Below the pieces are notes generated by a model. It did no database searches and was not told the origin of the DNA. It saw only the letters and a list, made by a program, of their open reading frames with translations. From Paraspadella gotoi (lineage: Eukaryota; Animalia; Chaetognatha), in assembly GCA_051294375.1 (NCBI GenBank), contig CM119267.1, forward strand, positions 13,029,081 to 13,093,080: 64,000 nt of DNA. Direction: 5' to 3'. This document shows positions 13,694 to 59,660 of the stretch, piece after piece (position 1 is the first letter of the stretch; each line of letters begins with the position of its first letter). Both the position numbers and the translations under genes were made by a program.

Positions 13694-16600
13694 CTTAAGG
13701 AACGCGGGGGGTTCGATAATTCTTACCGATAATTTCCGCCTCCGATGACGAATGGAAAATAAATAGAGCGGGCGATAAAGAGGTTGTTAGCGGAGAAAAA
13801 ACTGCCAGTTTCGCTCCGGGGGGGGAGGTGGGGGCGGAGGGGGGAAGGACGGTCTTTGTCAGGGGGAAAAGTTTTGGGCGGGTTGGATGTATAGATGATA
13901 TATGGTGGGTTCGTTTAATTCAATGGTTTATTTCATAACGGGATATATCAATCGTACAAAATAGAATTTAGCTTATTTAGTGAATATGAGCCTTTTTTTA
14001 GTCAAAGATAGTCCCCAAACTCCCAAAAGTATTGGTTCGGGGAAAGGGGGGTCGACGAAAAGAAAAGAGAATATATTGCCTTTTAAAGTCATTCTTCTCA
14101 CGCCGTTCCTTGCGGCTTTGGCGAAGGCGGTTATTACCGACAAGGGGGCTCACACTCGGCAAGCGATGATCTTTAAGTCTGAGTTCGGGAGAAAAACTGA
14201 AATTTACAATCGGCAGTTGAAATTTTTAATTTCGAGTTAAGTTGTTTTTTATTGTAAAGTTTAGCTTATTATTCCTCTTATAATGTTATTTAAAAACCTT
14301 TTTCGAGTAAAACGTACAAATATATTGATAATATATATTTCGGATCTACGATCTCGGATCTCGAAAATTTTATAGTTAAATGATAAATTCAGTATCTTGT
14401 AATGTAATCAGAACGTGATTTTTCCATTTCCATTTTCTGTGATAGGTGGCGAAGATGCTGATCCGCGCCGGGGCACGCGTCGACGTCAAGAACGCCAACT
14501 CTGAGACGGCACTGCACCTGGCCATCGACGCTGGCTCCGAGGATTGCGTTGAGGCGATGCTAGATGGCGGATGCATCCTGGACCACCCTAATTCATCAGG
14601 TAAAAAGGTGCCCCGAAATTTTATGATATTCGGGCCGAATATCATAAAATCGTTCACTGTTTATATAAAATACTTTAAAGGGTTTTTAAATAATAATTTA
14701 TAGGCAAACGCCCGATTCACATTGCGGCCGAAAGGAACAACATGTCCATCATCGAAATGTTGGTCAACTGCAACGTTAAAATCGACGGACAAGACAAGGT
14801 GATGAGTAAATGATAATGATATATTGGCCATTTATCAATCAATCAATCAATCAATTAATCCAATACACTCCAAACTAATTGACTAATTGTTTAATTGACT
14901 AATTGACCGGCGAGTATAACTTCTTCTCGATCTTTCCTGCAGCAACAAGAAACTGTCCTCATGTATGGCTCCCGCAAGAACTGGTCGCAGATGGTTAAGA
15001 CGCTGCTGCGTCTGGGGGCGGATCCTGGCGCGGTTAATCTGAAAGGACAAACTCCGCTCATCATCGCCGTCGTCGCCCAAAATCCCGGTAACGACTTGCA
15101 ATATAATTAGCTAAAATTGAAAGTAGTGATGAATATTTACACATACTAATGTATTCCTTCGTTTTTCTCCTCTACTTCCCCGTCTCCACAGACATCGTCC
15201 AGATCCTCCTGGACAAGTCGGAACGTGTCCTCAACCACCACGACCACGAGGGCGACACGGCCTTGACCATCGCCGCCTTCGGAGGCAACAAGGAGATCGT
15301 CTCGATTCTGCTCGACGGCGGCGTGGATCCCTCCGTACCGCATCTCTACTCCAAGCAGACCGCCGTCCACCACGCCGTCATGGAGGGTGAGTTCCTAGAA
15401 AGCCTAGAAGCGATCTTTATTCTTATAATAGTTATAGTTATATGATATATATTTAATTCGAAAAAATATTTATTTTCCTCTTTCTTCCTCTCGTGGAAGA
15501 GACTGGAATGTGGCAATTTCGAAAGTTGGTTGGTAACGAACAAACGACTAACTTTCAATTGTCAAATTCCCAGGCGACGTCGAGAGCCTCAAGATGCTCG
15601 TCCGCGCCGACAAGACGGCCAAGGGATGTCGAGACGCACAGGGCAACACCCCCTTGCATCTGGCCGCCTACTACGGGCAGGTGCACTGCTTGAGACAGCT
15701 CGTTCGATCCAACGCGGACGTTAACGCCAGGAACAATGCCGATCAGGTTCCGAGATTACATCTCTCACAACAACAACGACGACAACGATACTAACAACCG
15801 TCTCTTTCCCTTCAGACCCCCCTCATCTGCGCTGCCAGCGGCGGCGACGAAGAATGCGTAACGATCCTTTGCGAAAACGATGCGGACCTTAACGCCGCCG
15901 ACTCGGACGGCTTCACCGCCATGATCAAAGCCAAGAGCCGCAAGAACATCAAGATCATTCGGGCATTGCAGAAGGCCGAGGGGACGATCGACGTCGACTT
16001 CGTGGCGGCGGGGTCAGATTCGGAAGACGAAGAAGGTGAAAAATGGGAGAAGCTGGGTCAGTTGGAGGATATATAAATTTGTTTCATATACATTATTCAA
16101 ACAGTTTCATAATAGTTAAGGTATCCTAGGAAATAACTAAGGTTTAGGGGTAATGGAGGACCAACTTTCTTATTGTTCTTAATTAATTTTAATAAAAAGG
16201 GGGAAAAAATGAAGGCAAAATGATAAAAATATAATATATATATATTATATATAAATAATCAAAATAATAGCTGAATTGTGCATAGTTTTCTCAAGTCTCA
16301 AGGCTCCCCTCTTCTCCTCCTCCCGATTTCTCCAGCCGGGGCCTCCAAAGCCCGTCTCCTCACCGACGAAGAGAAAGTGGCTCAAGCGTCTCGCGACCGC
16401 ATCAAGAAGTCGATCTACGAGGCGGAGGCCATTCTCAAGGAGTTCGGCATCGAGTCGTCCTACACGGAGGATCTGGCCGGCGCCGAGGCCGCCTTCTCCC
16501 ACGCCATCCGTGAGATCAACCACGTGGGGGCGTCGACGGCTGGGTCGTCCCACGGCGCCTCGTCTTACGGGACGACGACGTCTGCGTCCACTGATTCGGG

Positions 16601-17393
16601 CTTCTCTTCCTCGCATCGCGCGTCGGCTCTAGAGACGACGGACTCGTACACGAACTCTGCTCGGGAGCGTCGGCGCGCGGCGGAAGCTGAGGCCGCTATC
16701 GCCTCCGCCGCAGCGTCTGCCTCCTCTTACAAATCCTCTCGCTTTCTCGACACTTCCGCCTCTTCCGAATTCGCCGCCTCCGGCCGCTCCTATAAGAAAG
16801 ATTACTCCGCCGTGCGGCCCGGCCGCCGTTCCGAGATCTACACGCCGCCGGCGTTGGCAGAACAGGAAGCCGAAGAAGCGGCCTCGCAGCGAGCGGCGCA
16901 GCGTGCCAAGGCTATGGAAGAGCAGCGTCAGTACGAGGCGCACAGCATCCAAGACTCTGCCATGGCTGCCGCCGAATCGGCTTATTACGAAGCCATGCGG
17001 ACCGTGAGGACGGACGGCGTGAGCGGCGCCGGCGGCCTTGGCGGTGGCAGATCCTTTGCCCGGCAGAGTTCTCTCGGCGGCGGCGGCATCGGTGGCGGCG
17101 TCGGATTCTCCTCTGGACTTTCGGCGTCGTCGTCGGCCTATGGCGGTGCGGGTTCTCGTTACGGCGCCGACCATTCTCTCGAGCAGACCTCGATGCGGAG
17201 CCGTTACGTAGCCGACCATTCGTCCTCGGCCCTGTCGGCCGGTTTGTCGGGCGCCTCTTTTTCCCGACACGAGCCGCTATCAAGTTCTTCGGCCACGAGG
17301 TCCTTCGCGTCTGCCAGATCCGCGATGTCGGGCAGTGAAGGAGGATTCTCTATGAGGGATTCGAGGAGACTGTCGTCCAGGGAGAGGATATGA
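13458..17393 (+). CDS. Ankyrin-repeat protein with an Ala/Ser/Gly-rich low-complexity C-terminus (~726 aa)
   Basis: Eight GT-AG exons in consistent phase: 13458-13598, 14446-14599, 14704-14798, 14943-15087, 15192-15386, 15574-15746, 15816-16035, 16336-17393 (2181 nt). Repeated ankyrin motifs: GNTPLHDA, SETALHLA, GKRPIHIA, GQTPLIIA, GDTALTIA, KQTAVHHA, GNTPLHLA, QTPLICA. Confidence 0.9.
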
Positions 17394-19150
17394 ATATCTG
17401 GGCTGGGAGGGGAAGGAATGAATGAAAAAGATATGAATGAACGGACGAATGATCCTGTTTTGGATGAAGTGTGATAGCCATCGCTGAATAAATTATTTTT
17501 TTTTATATTCCACTCACTCCTTGAATTTAACTATTGACATGGAAGACGTTTTTGTTAATGTTTCACATTCCGTTTCTATTAAACTCCGCACTAGTTCGTA
17601 ATTAAACGACAAAACATCCGACTCAATTTCTTTTCTAGTTGTAAAAAAAGAATTTTTACGACTTTCTATTTAATTAAAAGAAATCTGCTCATAATTCCAT
17701 TCGCTCTGCGTATATACATTCTCGTTAGCGAAATTAGAACTTACATTTATTTACATGGATTCTTATTTTTTTCTCTTTCGGAAATCGATATACTCAATGA
17801 TTAGTTGATTACATGTCAATAAAGAAAAACTTTTTAAAAGCCGATCGCTTTCATCTAATTTAATTAAAGAATTCGAGGTTTAAACAATTTAGAGTCAGCG
17901 GATTAGCCAAACATTGATTTGGAAATAGTCGGGTCTTAATTTGCGGGAGGGAACTTGTGAGAAATAATATTTCGGTAATGGGATTAAAATTTTAAAAGTA
18001 GCTCTCGCGAGCTTGAGGTCAATATATTATACCGCCGTTGGATTTATACCGAGATCCTCTAGACCGGCAGGCGGTTTTTTTGGGATATTTTTTTCTTGTT
18101 TCGAAATTTATCAGTAGACCGGCGGGTAGAGCGTGTTTTATTATCTCGAGAAAATTACTAATTAACCGATGCCGGTGAACTCCGGAGGCGCGTTCAGCAA
18201 ATTTGGTTCAAAAGTCAAATACGGCGAAGAAAATTATTATCATCTGCAACTAAAAGAAATTACAAAAATTTCGAAACAAAAAGTTCTCAAGATCGTCAAC
18301 CTAACGATTTAAAACTTAAACTTGTTTAAAAAATTAGAATTATCAATTTTGCTATCGAACGTACAATCATAAATCATTTAAGATTCTGAAAACTCTCAAG
18401 AAGATCATAGAGATTAGCTCTGTTTTTTAACGATCAACCTTTGTTGTCAATAACAATCTTCAAATCGCTATCATCATTGATTTTCGAATCGACAAACAAA
18501 AATTGTACTTACTGTACTTACTTTTAAAAATGTCGTTTTTTGTTTTCTTTCTATGGTTTCATTTTCTTTTTTATTTTATTAAAAGTTGTTTGAAGTTTTT
18601 GTTGTTTTTTTTTTTTTGGGGGGGGGGAAGGCGTCTTCACGTTTTTCTCTCTCAATTTTTTTTTCTTTCGATTTCCGAATTGTTTATTCGTAATCATTCA
18701 ATTTTATCGTCATTGACAATTTTATTACCGAACTCGGCATTCGGAATTCCGCATTCCGCATTCCGAATTTTTTTGGCGAATACAATCTTTGATAGTAGAA
18801 CTTATAGAATTTATAGAATTCTTTTTTATTCAAATAGTGGTGGAAAAAGAGTGCCCCTTGACGATTCAACGGGGCGTAAATAAAACAAAACCAAAAAAAA
18901 AAAAAAACGGTTGCAATTAGCAATAATAGCAATATATATCATACCAGCTTAAAGGGAATCCCTTTTATATTTCGCGACGCAATAATCTCTTTAATCATCT
19001 GTCGTCATCCGCATCTTCCATCTCCATTCTTCCATCAAAATCCCCGCTAGAGGCGTTCATAACGTTCGTAAAAACGCGGCGCCATCTGTAAACAAACCCC
19101 TTTGTTCCACTACCGATAAAACAAAAAGAACAGAAAGGAAAGAGAAAAAA

Positions 19151-52046
<32,896 letters not shown>

Positions 52047-53194
52047 ACGGCGGGTCTTAAAAGATGGTTTGATTATTCGTGGCATGGACCTATGGTTTTC
52101 GGTATATGGTATTAGAAAGACATTAAAGATACACTTAATAAGTTAGATTTAGGCTTTTAAATTATGTAATTCTAAAAAAATATGTATTTCAGAACCATTC
52201 GTATGTTGAAAAATCGACTTACGTATATAAATAATTTGATGTTGTTAAATATTTCATTCTGGAATGTCTTTAATAACGAGCTGCAGCCAAAGAAATTTAT
52301 TAGCTTCGAAGTTAAACTGCAGCTCGGCCTTGGTACTTCGCCAACTCACGAGCATTAGAGCGACCTTTGGAGGAAAAGGGAATTATTGGTTCCGTTAAAA
52401 TTGCTTTTTTCTCGAGCGGAATTTCATTTTCGAGAGCGAGTCGATCAAATTAGAATTAGCTTTTTTTTCTCCTTAAAAATATACGTTCCCGTTTTTATTT
52501 TTCTTGTAAAATGCTTGAATTTTGTAAAAACTTAGAACCAATAAATACTTGTATCTAGTTTTAAATGGGTAATATTTGTTATTTGTTATTTTGACATTTT
52601 GTTCAAATAAAATTTTTGAAAAGGAATTCTGTCTTTTCGGCTAAATAAAGGACGAGTGGCTCCGCCAATACATGTAAATCGCTTTCATGGGCTTGAACTG
52701 AATTGTTACTGCGGCACTAATAATATTTTGGTACTTGAAAAAATATTTTATAAATCAAAACAATATTATTTTTGCTTATATCATTTTTTTAAACTTGCAT
52801 AATTGTTTCGACTTGCATCATTTTTTTCAACTTTAACATTAAAAACATATTTAAAACATTTAGTATTTTAGTAATATGATAACAAATATTTATAAATTAA
52901 TTGAATATAATATTGGATATTAATTAAAAAAGAAAGAATATTAATTAATATTAAAATAGAAAAAAAATTATTTGATAAAAAATATTTAAATTTTTTTTTA
53001 AGATTTAAGACAATTAAAAAAGAAATTGCTATTTTGTTAAAAAGCAGATGCAAGTGAAGATCTAGTGGGTGCAGATAAAGTTTATTTTGAATGTTCATTT
53101 GTCTTACAAAAAGCTTTTTTGTTTGTAGAGCCCTCTGTTAAACATAAAACATTATGTATATACTCTCTTTTCGTTGTTTTTGAAGTATTATCAA

Positions 53195-53239
53195 AGCACT
53201 GATGAAGGCACTAACTGAATGAGCCGAAACATGTCTGGC
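53195..53239 (+). ncRNA. Minimal hammerhead motif, weak helix I
   Basis: CTGATGA-AGGC..GCC-GAAA-CATG-TC. Confidence 0.55.
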
Positions 53240-53433
53240 TAATTATGTCAAAAAAATCGTTGTCAAACCAAAACTGTTTTTCTCCTAACATAAAGCATAA
53301 AAAAAAATAATAGGACTGTTAATTTATTTCAGAAAAAAAGATTAAAACGTCTGGTGGATGTACTTAAAATAAAATTGTTGGCTGGTAAATAAAGCAAATG
53401 CAAGTTGAGATCTAGTGGGTGCAGAAAGAAGAG

Positions 53434-53666
53434 TATGGTGGACTAAAATCCACCAGCCATTCATCAGCGGCCATTGGTACCGGAGGCAAGTCATTCGCTC
53501 CCAACCCAAAGGTCCGGGGTTCTAGCCCAGTGGTCGCCTAGCGGTTAAGAGGGACGGGGCGTTTAACCCGCCTGTAACACGGCGTTACAGCCTGATCCGA
53601 AGCTCAGGGATTGCTTATATTGAACGGTTCTGTCACTAACACATAACAAGTATTACTGTCTCTTCA
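53434..53666 (+). mobile_element. Solo LTR, subfamily A, with intact twister at 53541-53614 (cleavage 53564/53565)
   Basis: Same TATGG...CTTCA boundaries as 24173-24406; TSD AGAG at 53430-33 and 53667-70. Confidence 0.88.
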
Positions 53667-56012
53667 AGAGCAAATTTCTATAGAAAGTAAAAGGAGATGC
53701 TTATAGTAGAGCAAGTAAGAGACAAATCCTCCTAATAAGAAAGAAAAGTTAAGTAACCGGAAAAAAAAAGAAAAAAATGTACAATTTCAGGGGGTAAGTA
53801 AAAGTCTTTTTTTTCTTCGAGACTGGGAAAAGTTATAAAACAAAGATTTACCGCCAGTTTTCTAACCTTTTGGCCTTCGTATCCCGGAATGTTTTTGGGT
53901 GGCGTTGGCGCGGAGAATGACGATCGATTGGATTAGGCGTGTTGAGGAGTGCGTTGCAGGGTTTAGGATCTCGTTTGACGTTCATTAAGACAAAAGTAAG
54001 AACAAACTACAACAAACTAAATGTACTAACGAACAAACTAAAGTTTAGCTCAATTTCGTTATAAAAATAACGACGGTGTTAAACTTATAATAGTTTGATG
54101 GAGCTACTATAACATCTGTGACACGGATGACGAATGAGAGGCGTTGATGTTGCGGAATCTATTTTTGTTTTGGAATATTGGATGATCTTTTTGACGTTAG
54201 TGTCGTTGGGCCGAGTTACGATTGACGCAGAATCGTCCTTCTTCTCCATTCGCTTTGTTTTGGTTCTTTGTTTTGGTCATTGGAAAAAAAGAGACGCCAA
54301 CTCGAGTCAATTTAAAAGACAAAAAAAAGATATAAGTAGAGACTTCATGTGGACAATCGATTTAACCTTTTACGTAGTCTTCTCATTTTGACCTTGAAGA
54401 GCGACAAAGTAAAATTTTTTTTTAAAAATCGGGCCAAACACACTAAGAAAATAATGGGTTTTTTTCGGGTCCTAAAATGAAAATGGTACAACCAATAAAA
54501 AACATATATTCATTCAATAACTAAAGTATCTTGTGCCCGGACTTAGAACAGGCTTTGATGTGTTCATTGTTCAATATTCAAGCCTTCATCCAAGATACTA
54601 ACATTGCAGGACCCTACAAGCTTTCAGTCTAGTTTATTAACTCTCACTACTAGAATACTATATTTGTACTCAGTACTAGCATCAAAAGAAAAAGAGCTGA
54701 CTATTATGAAATTGGTACACTCATTCAATATTAATTTACAGTCTCATCTTTCATTTTCTCGCCTTCTCCTTTTCTCTAAATCTTTTCTTATTGTTACTCT
54801 CCTGTCTCCAATCGTAAACGTTTCTTCCTTTTTTCTTTTGTTTCTCCTTTCCTTCCATCGGTGTTTTGTTTTCCGCTTGTCGTTCACTGCCTTTTCACTG
54901 TCTTTTCGCTGTCTTTTTCCTCCCCCGTCTTTTCGTCGTCTTTTCGTCCGCGGTTCATCGTCAGTCACCAGAGGATTTTCCTCGTTGACTTTGTCGACCT
55001 TTGAAAAGATGGAAGAGAGAGAGGAAGAGAAAAAAAGTGGAAAAAAGGGAGAGAGAGAGAAATGGGGAAAAAAGGAAGCGATGTTTTGGTTGGGAAAGTT
55101 CATTCCTCTCGCGAGATTTGATGGGTGGGTGGGACCCGCCGAGGTGACTGCTAAAAGGGACGAGAAACTAAGGAGTTTTTTTCGCCCCCGAGAGTAATTT
55201 ACAAGGAGGAAAAATTATGGGTTAAAATGAATGTTCTGTGGAAGACGATGCCGCGAGCAGTTTAAAAAGGGACAGATGAAAAGTAAGGTTTGAAAGAACT
55301 CCTGGGGGGGGGGCGAATGAGAAATTAGTTATGGGGGACAGCGCTTTTTCAGTGGGTGCGGGCTACGATGAAGAATTATGGACGCGGGACCGAAGGGCGA
55401 ACGATGTTTTGGTTGTGGGCGTCGTTTCCATCCCCCTTCACTATTCTCGTGGAAAAGGCGGGGGCCGTGGAAGGCGTTTTAAGAATCTTATTCCAGATGA
55501 TGAATCACGAAGGAAAATCAACTGTAAAAGCCAATTATGAAGCTTTTTTATTTAAAGTTGCTTTTAAAAAATCCATTATTTTACAAACAATCGAACAAAT
55601 GAGTCTAAAGCTAATGGAACATTAAAAAAATTATAAAAAATCCCCTCAAATAAGATAGTCTTAAAATTTTGTATTGAATTATCAGTGAACCTGAAAAATT
55701 TAACAATAATTTTGCTTCATGTAAAGGTAACGGAAATATTTTGCAAAACAACCCCTTGGTCAAATTTTATAAATGAGCTCCGATCTTTCTCGCGTCACTA
55801 ACCAAACGGAAAACGCCCTCTCTCGAATTGTTTTCCACGAGATGACAGCGGGAGGTGTTGACCGCATCTTCGGCGGCGGCAGCGTTTGCGGCGTCAAAAA
55901 TCGGCAAAGGGGCTATCTGACTCGCGCAACGCCTTTCACACCCGCGAAGAGGGGGAAATTGTTTTGGGTTTGATCTTTGACAGGACGTCAGTATTTCTTC
56001 ATTTCTCACTCA

Positions 56013-56126
<114 letters not shown>

Positions 56127-56521
56127 TGTCCGAAATTCCTCAATCGCCGCGAGAGAGGTGAGGCCGCGAAAAAAAAGTCTGGGCGTAAATCACTTCATTT
56201 CTCTCGCCTGTCAAAACTGAAGGGAGGCGCGGGAGGCGCGAGCGAGGGGGGGGGAGGGGGGGGGGGAGTGGGAGTCAGTCGCGGACGAGATTGAGGTTTC
56301 TCGTTCGGGTCGAATCGTTCTTCGAGGAGAGGCGTTGATGCGGCAGGGGGGGGGCGCTCGAGGCGTGGCAGTTCGAGAGGTGGTGCGAGTCGAGAATGTA
56401 GACTAACCACTAACCAGTAACCAATCGCTTGTGTATTTCACGTAACGATTTTTGTGAGGCATTTATGATATGGCGAAATTCGCTGTCGTCTGGAATTTGT
56501 GGATTTTAAATTTAAATACGA

Positions 56522-56747
56522 TGCCGCGAGCAGTTTTACCGTCCGTTGCACACAAGGTCCCGAACTTCGGATCGGGCTGTAGTCCGACACTACAGGTGGG
56601 TTAGACGCCCCGTCCCGCTTTTACTTGTGTGAATCAGCAGGGCGCGAACCCGAGTCCTTTGGGTTGGGAGGAGCTCGTGCTACCTCCGGCGCCATAGGTG
56701 CTGCTGATTCTCGGACGAGTAGTGGGGTATGAAATACTACCACTACA
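56522..56747 (-). mobile_element. Solo LTR (divergent A-like subfamily, TG...CA) with intact twister at 56549-56631
   Basis: Minus strand: A box TGGCGCCGGAGG, B box GGTTCGCGCCC, stem GAATCAGCAG/CTGCTGATTC. Twister: CACACAAG..GG-GA-CGG-GGCGTC-TAA-CCC-AC-CTGTAGT..ACTACAG-CCCGA-TCCGAAGT-TCGGG..CTTGTGTG. No TSD found. Confidence 0.82.
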
Positions 56748-56769
56748 AGATTTAAAAAAAAATTTTTGA

Positions 56770-57180
56770 ATTTCATCTTCAATATTATTACTGCAATATG
56801 TAAATTAGATTAAAGGATTTCTATATACTAATTTGGATATTATAATGAGTACTATAATCTCATTTGAAGTGGAAATTCAAACAAAAAATACTTAAATCCA
56901 AATGTAATAAGAAAATATCAAAGTTATTTCAAGATGAGAAGCCATATCTAAATTTTTATTTAACTTACTATGATCGCACACTTTTGTAAAACTTTATCAT
57001 AATTCATAATAATTTTTATTTAAAAAAAAAAAACGGTAAGTCCAGCCAAACCTATAAAAGCGTAGTAGTTTTTATATAAAAACAGCGTGACGCCGACGAC
57101 GACGACGAGTCACAAAGAAGCTGACCTGAATCAATATCGAGCCTGAACCGGCTTCGCCGGTAGGCTCGATAAAAAGCGTA
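56770..57180 (+). repeat. Interspersed repeat also at ~48750-49090, ending in the hairpin ATCGAGCCTGAACCGGCTTCGCCGGTAGGCTCGAT (Helitron/HINE-like)
   Basis: Colinear AT-rich blocks, a (GAC)n tract and a terminal stem-loop. Confidence 0.55.
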
Positions 57181-57845
57181 ACGCCGATAACGACGATGAT
57201 GACTTCGACACGACGACGACGACGTACTAAGAAGCTGAACCTTCGCTAAAAAGATCTAAAGCCGGATCTACGATCTAAATCTAGATGTATTCTGTTAACA
57301 CTCTAATTGCGCGATTCCATGCACCAAAGATTTTCTCTTTGTTCTCTTTTTTTTTAAGGGTGACAATATCTCATCTCGCAAATTCGTACAAACAACAATT
57401 CGTCCGCTTAAAAAAAATTTCTCTTTCTCTTTCGAATTCTTTCCCTCATCCACCTTTTCCTCCAATTTCCATTGGATGAAAACAAGGGATTCTCTCTCGG
57501 AATTATAGACGGCGTAAATTTGTCTCCCTTGTCAAGTCAGCCTGGAGACGCCTCTGGGGAAGGCGGGGGCGGGGGCGGCGGGAAAGAAAATGCATACCGC
57601 ACCCCCCCTTCACCTCAGCCGTCCCGTTACCGATTAAGCGCCGGAATCGGAATCCGAAGCGCTCTAGTGGCGCCGCGCCCGCCAAGGGGGACAGCCCCCA
57701 AAAAGGACAGGCGCGTGACGCCGGAAAAAAAAAAGCGCTTTCGTATCGTACCAAAGTTTGTTTTGAAAGAAAAAAAATTATTGTTTTTATGAGTGACAAG
57801 TTTTCTGTTTATCGACCGTGTGTTCCCCGTTCTGGAGGATGAGAA

Positions 57846-57876
<31 letters not shown>

Positions 57877-57898
57877 GAGAGAAGAGAGAGAGTGAGAG

Positions 57899-57930
<32 letters not shown>

Positions 57931-58328
57931 AAGAGAGATACACGGATTTTAAATGGGAGTGAAATGAAAACAGTTGTTATAACTCTTAACTGACTGAATG
58001 TGATTAATATTTGTTCATTTTATTAGTTAAAAAAATTATTGATGTTTATGTTCCTATATAACAAATTGATAATAATAACTGGTGTGCTTGCCTTCCAGCA
58101 GCTTTTTTTGCACCATTTCTCCCATCTTATTTGATAGTTTTATTTTCAGTTCATTGTGAAAAATATTAAGCTGAAATTTTTAATTCTTTTACATTTATTA
58201 GTTAGTATAATGTCTTGGGAACATGTAACAAAATTCTTATTGATATATTTTAAGGTTTGTTTTGTATATCGTTTTGTGTATTTTTGTTGCCAGATGATTG
58301 TTCTTTTCCAATTTTTTTTAAACGCTGA

Positions 58329-59189
58329 ACAAGTATGAGCAAACAATGTCGGGTCTGCCCACGATCATTAGCGGTATTTAATTAATTAATTAATACAAAC
58401 AATATAAACTAAAATAATAATTTAATTAATAAATTAATTAATTTGATCCGAAATGTTTGTTTTTAGGTCTTTTCATCACTGACCACGACAAGCAACGACG
58501 ACGATGGCGACGACGACAATAATGCCGATAAAGATTGACTTGAATTATTAATTAATAGATAACTAAATAAATTGATTGATTGAATAATTAATTGATTGAT
58601 TAATTGACGGATTAATTATTTATTTATTAATTAATTGATTAATTAATTCATTAACTGATTAATTATTTGATGAATTAATACATCTTGCATTTACATTTAA
58701 TATAAAAAGAAAAAGAATCACAATCAATTAGTGAAACAGGTTTTTTGTTTTTTCCATTTAAACTCATTTCCACTCAGACGATTCCATCGAAACTTGATTT
58801 CCAGCTTAATCACATACTTTCTTACCCAAATACAAAATTTTAAATCAATCGCCCCGTCCAGTAAATGGCATTCAAATAGTGAAATATATTTTTTTGGTTT
58901 TTTCCATTTAAACTCATTTCCACTCATACGGTTCCATCAAAACTTTATATCCAACACAAAAATTTATTTCAATCCATCCATCCAATCACGAGTAATTGGA
59001 GTTTAATTCTAAGGGGGGACGGATGGACGGACAGATGGACGGACGGATGGACATCATTTTTTTTAATAATTTTTCATAATTCGAGTTTCTGATATGATAG
59101 AAATGATTAACCGACAAGATTTTGGGGTAGGACCGTAGGACCGACAAAGTGAATTATAGAGTCGGAATCTGCTGATAAGCAGATCTGTC
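58329..59189 (+). mobile_element. DINE/HINE-like repeat
   Basis: AACAAG start, subterminal TGTCGG(G/A)TCTGC, (GGAC/GGAT)n tract, 3' hairpin ATCTGCTGATAAGCAGAT. Confidence 0.65.
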
Positions 59190-59377
59190 TAAAAACTACA
59201 AAATGAAAATGGCTGTCATTGTGGTTGTGAAAAAGATTTTGAATTCTGATTACTCACTACTCAGGCACATACTCCAATGTCTATATCTGTAAGATGTACC
59301 AAAACTTTTCAACATTTTATCTTTTTTTATAAAGTTTGAAATGAATTTTCAACAACGATTTTATTTTTAATTAAAAT

Positions 59378-59419
59378 AACGGACATGTTTCGGCTTAACT
59401 ACAAGCCTTCATCAGCATT
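59378..59419 (-). ncRNA. Minimal type-I hammerhead ribozyme, best-conserved copy
   Basis: Minus strand: AATG-CTGATGA-AGGCTT-gtagtt-AAGCC-GAAA-CATG-TC-CGTT. Helix I AATG/CGTT, helix II GGCTT/AAGCC, palindromic helix III. Confidence 0.75.
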
Positions 59420-59660
59420 AAAAAAGTTTGAAACAAATTATGTGCATAAAGAAAGAGTGAGAGAGAGAGAGGGCAAAGTTTCCAACACAGAGTTGAGAAA
59501 GGATAGTGGTCAATTGTGAGGACAGATTAAGGTGAAACAAATAGAGCCAGTTTGTTTCATTTCAAACTTTTCTAATTATTACACAACGAAAAGAAATATC
59601 TTTTCAAATGCAAAAATTTCCTTTTTTGAAATTCGACCATGCCATTGATGAGCACATAAC

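Noticed and set aside
16245-17283. Long antisense and alternative-frame ORFs over the last ankyrin exon
   Set aside because: Shadow ORFs of GC-rich coding sequence.
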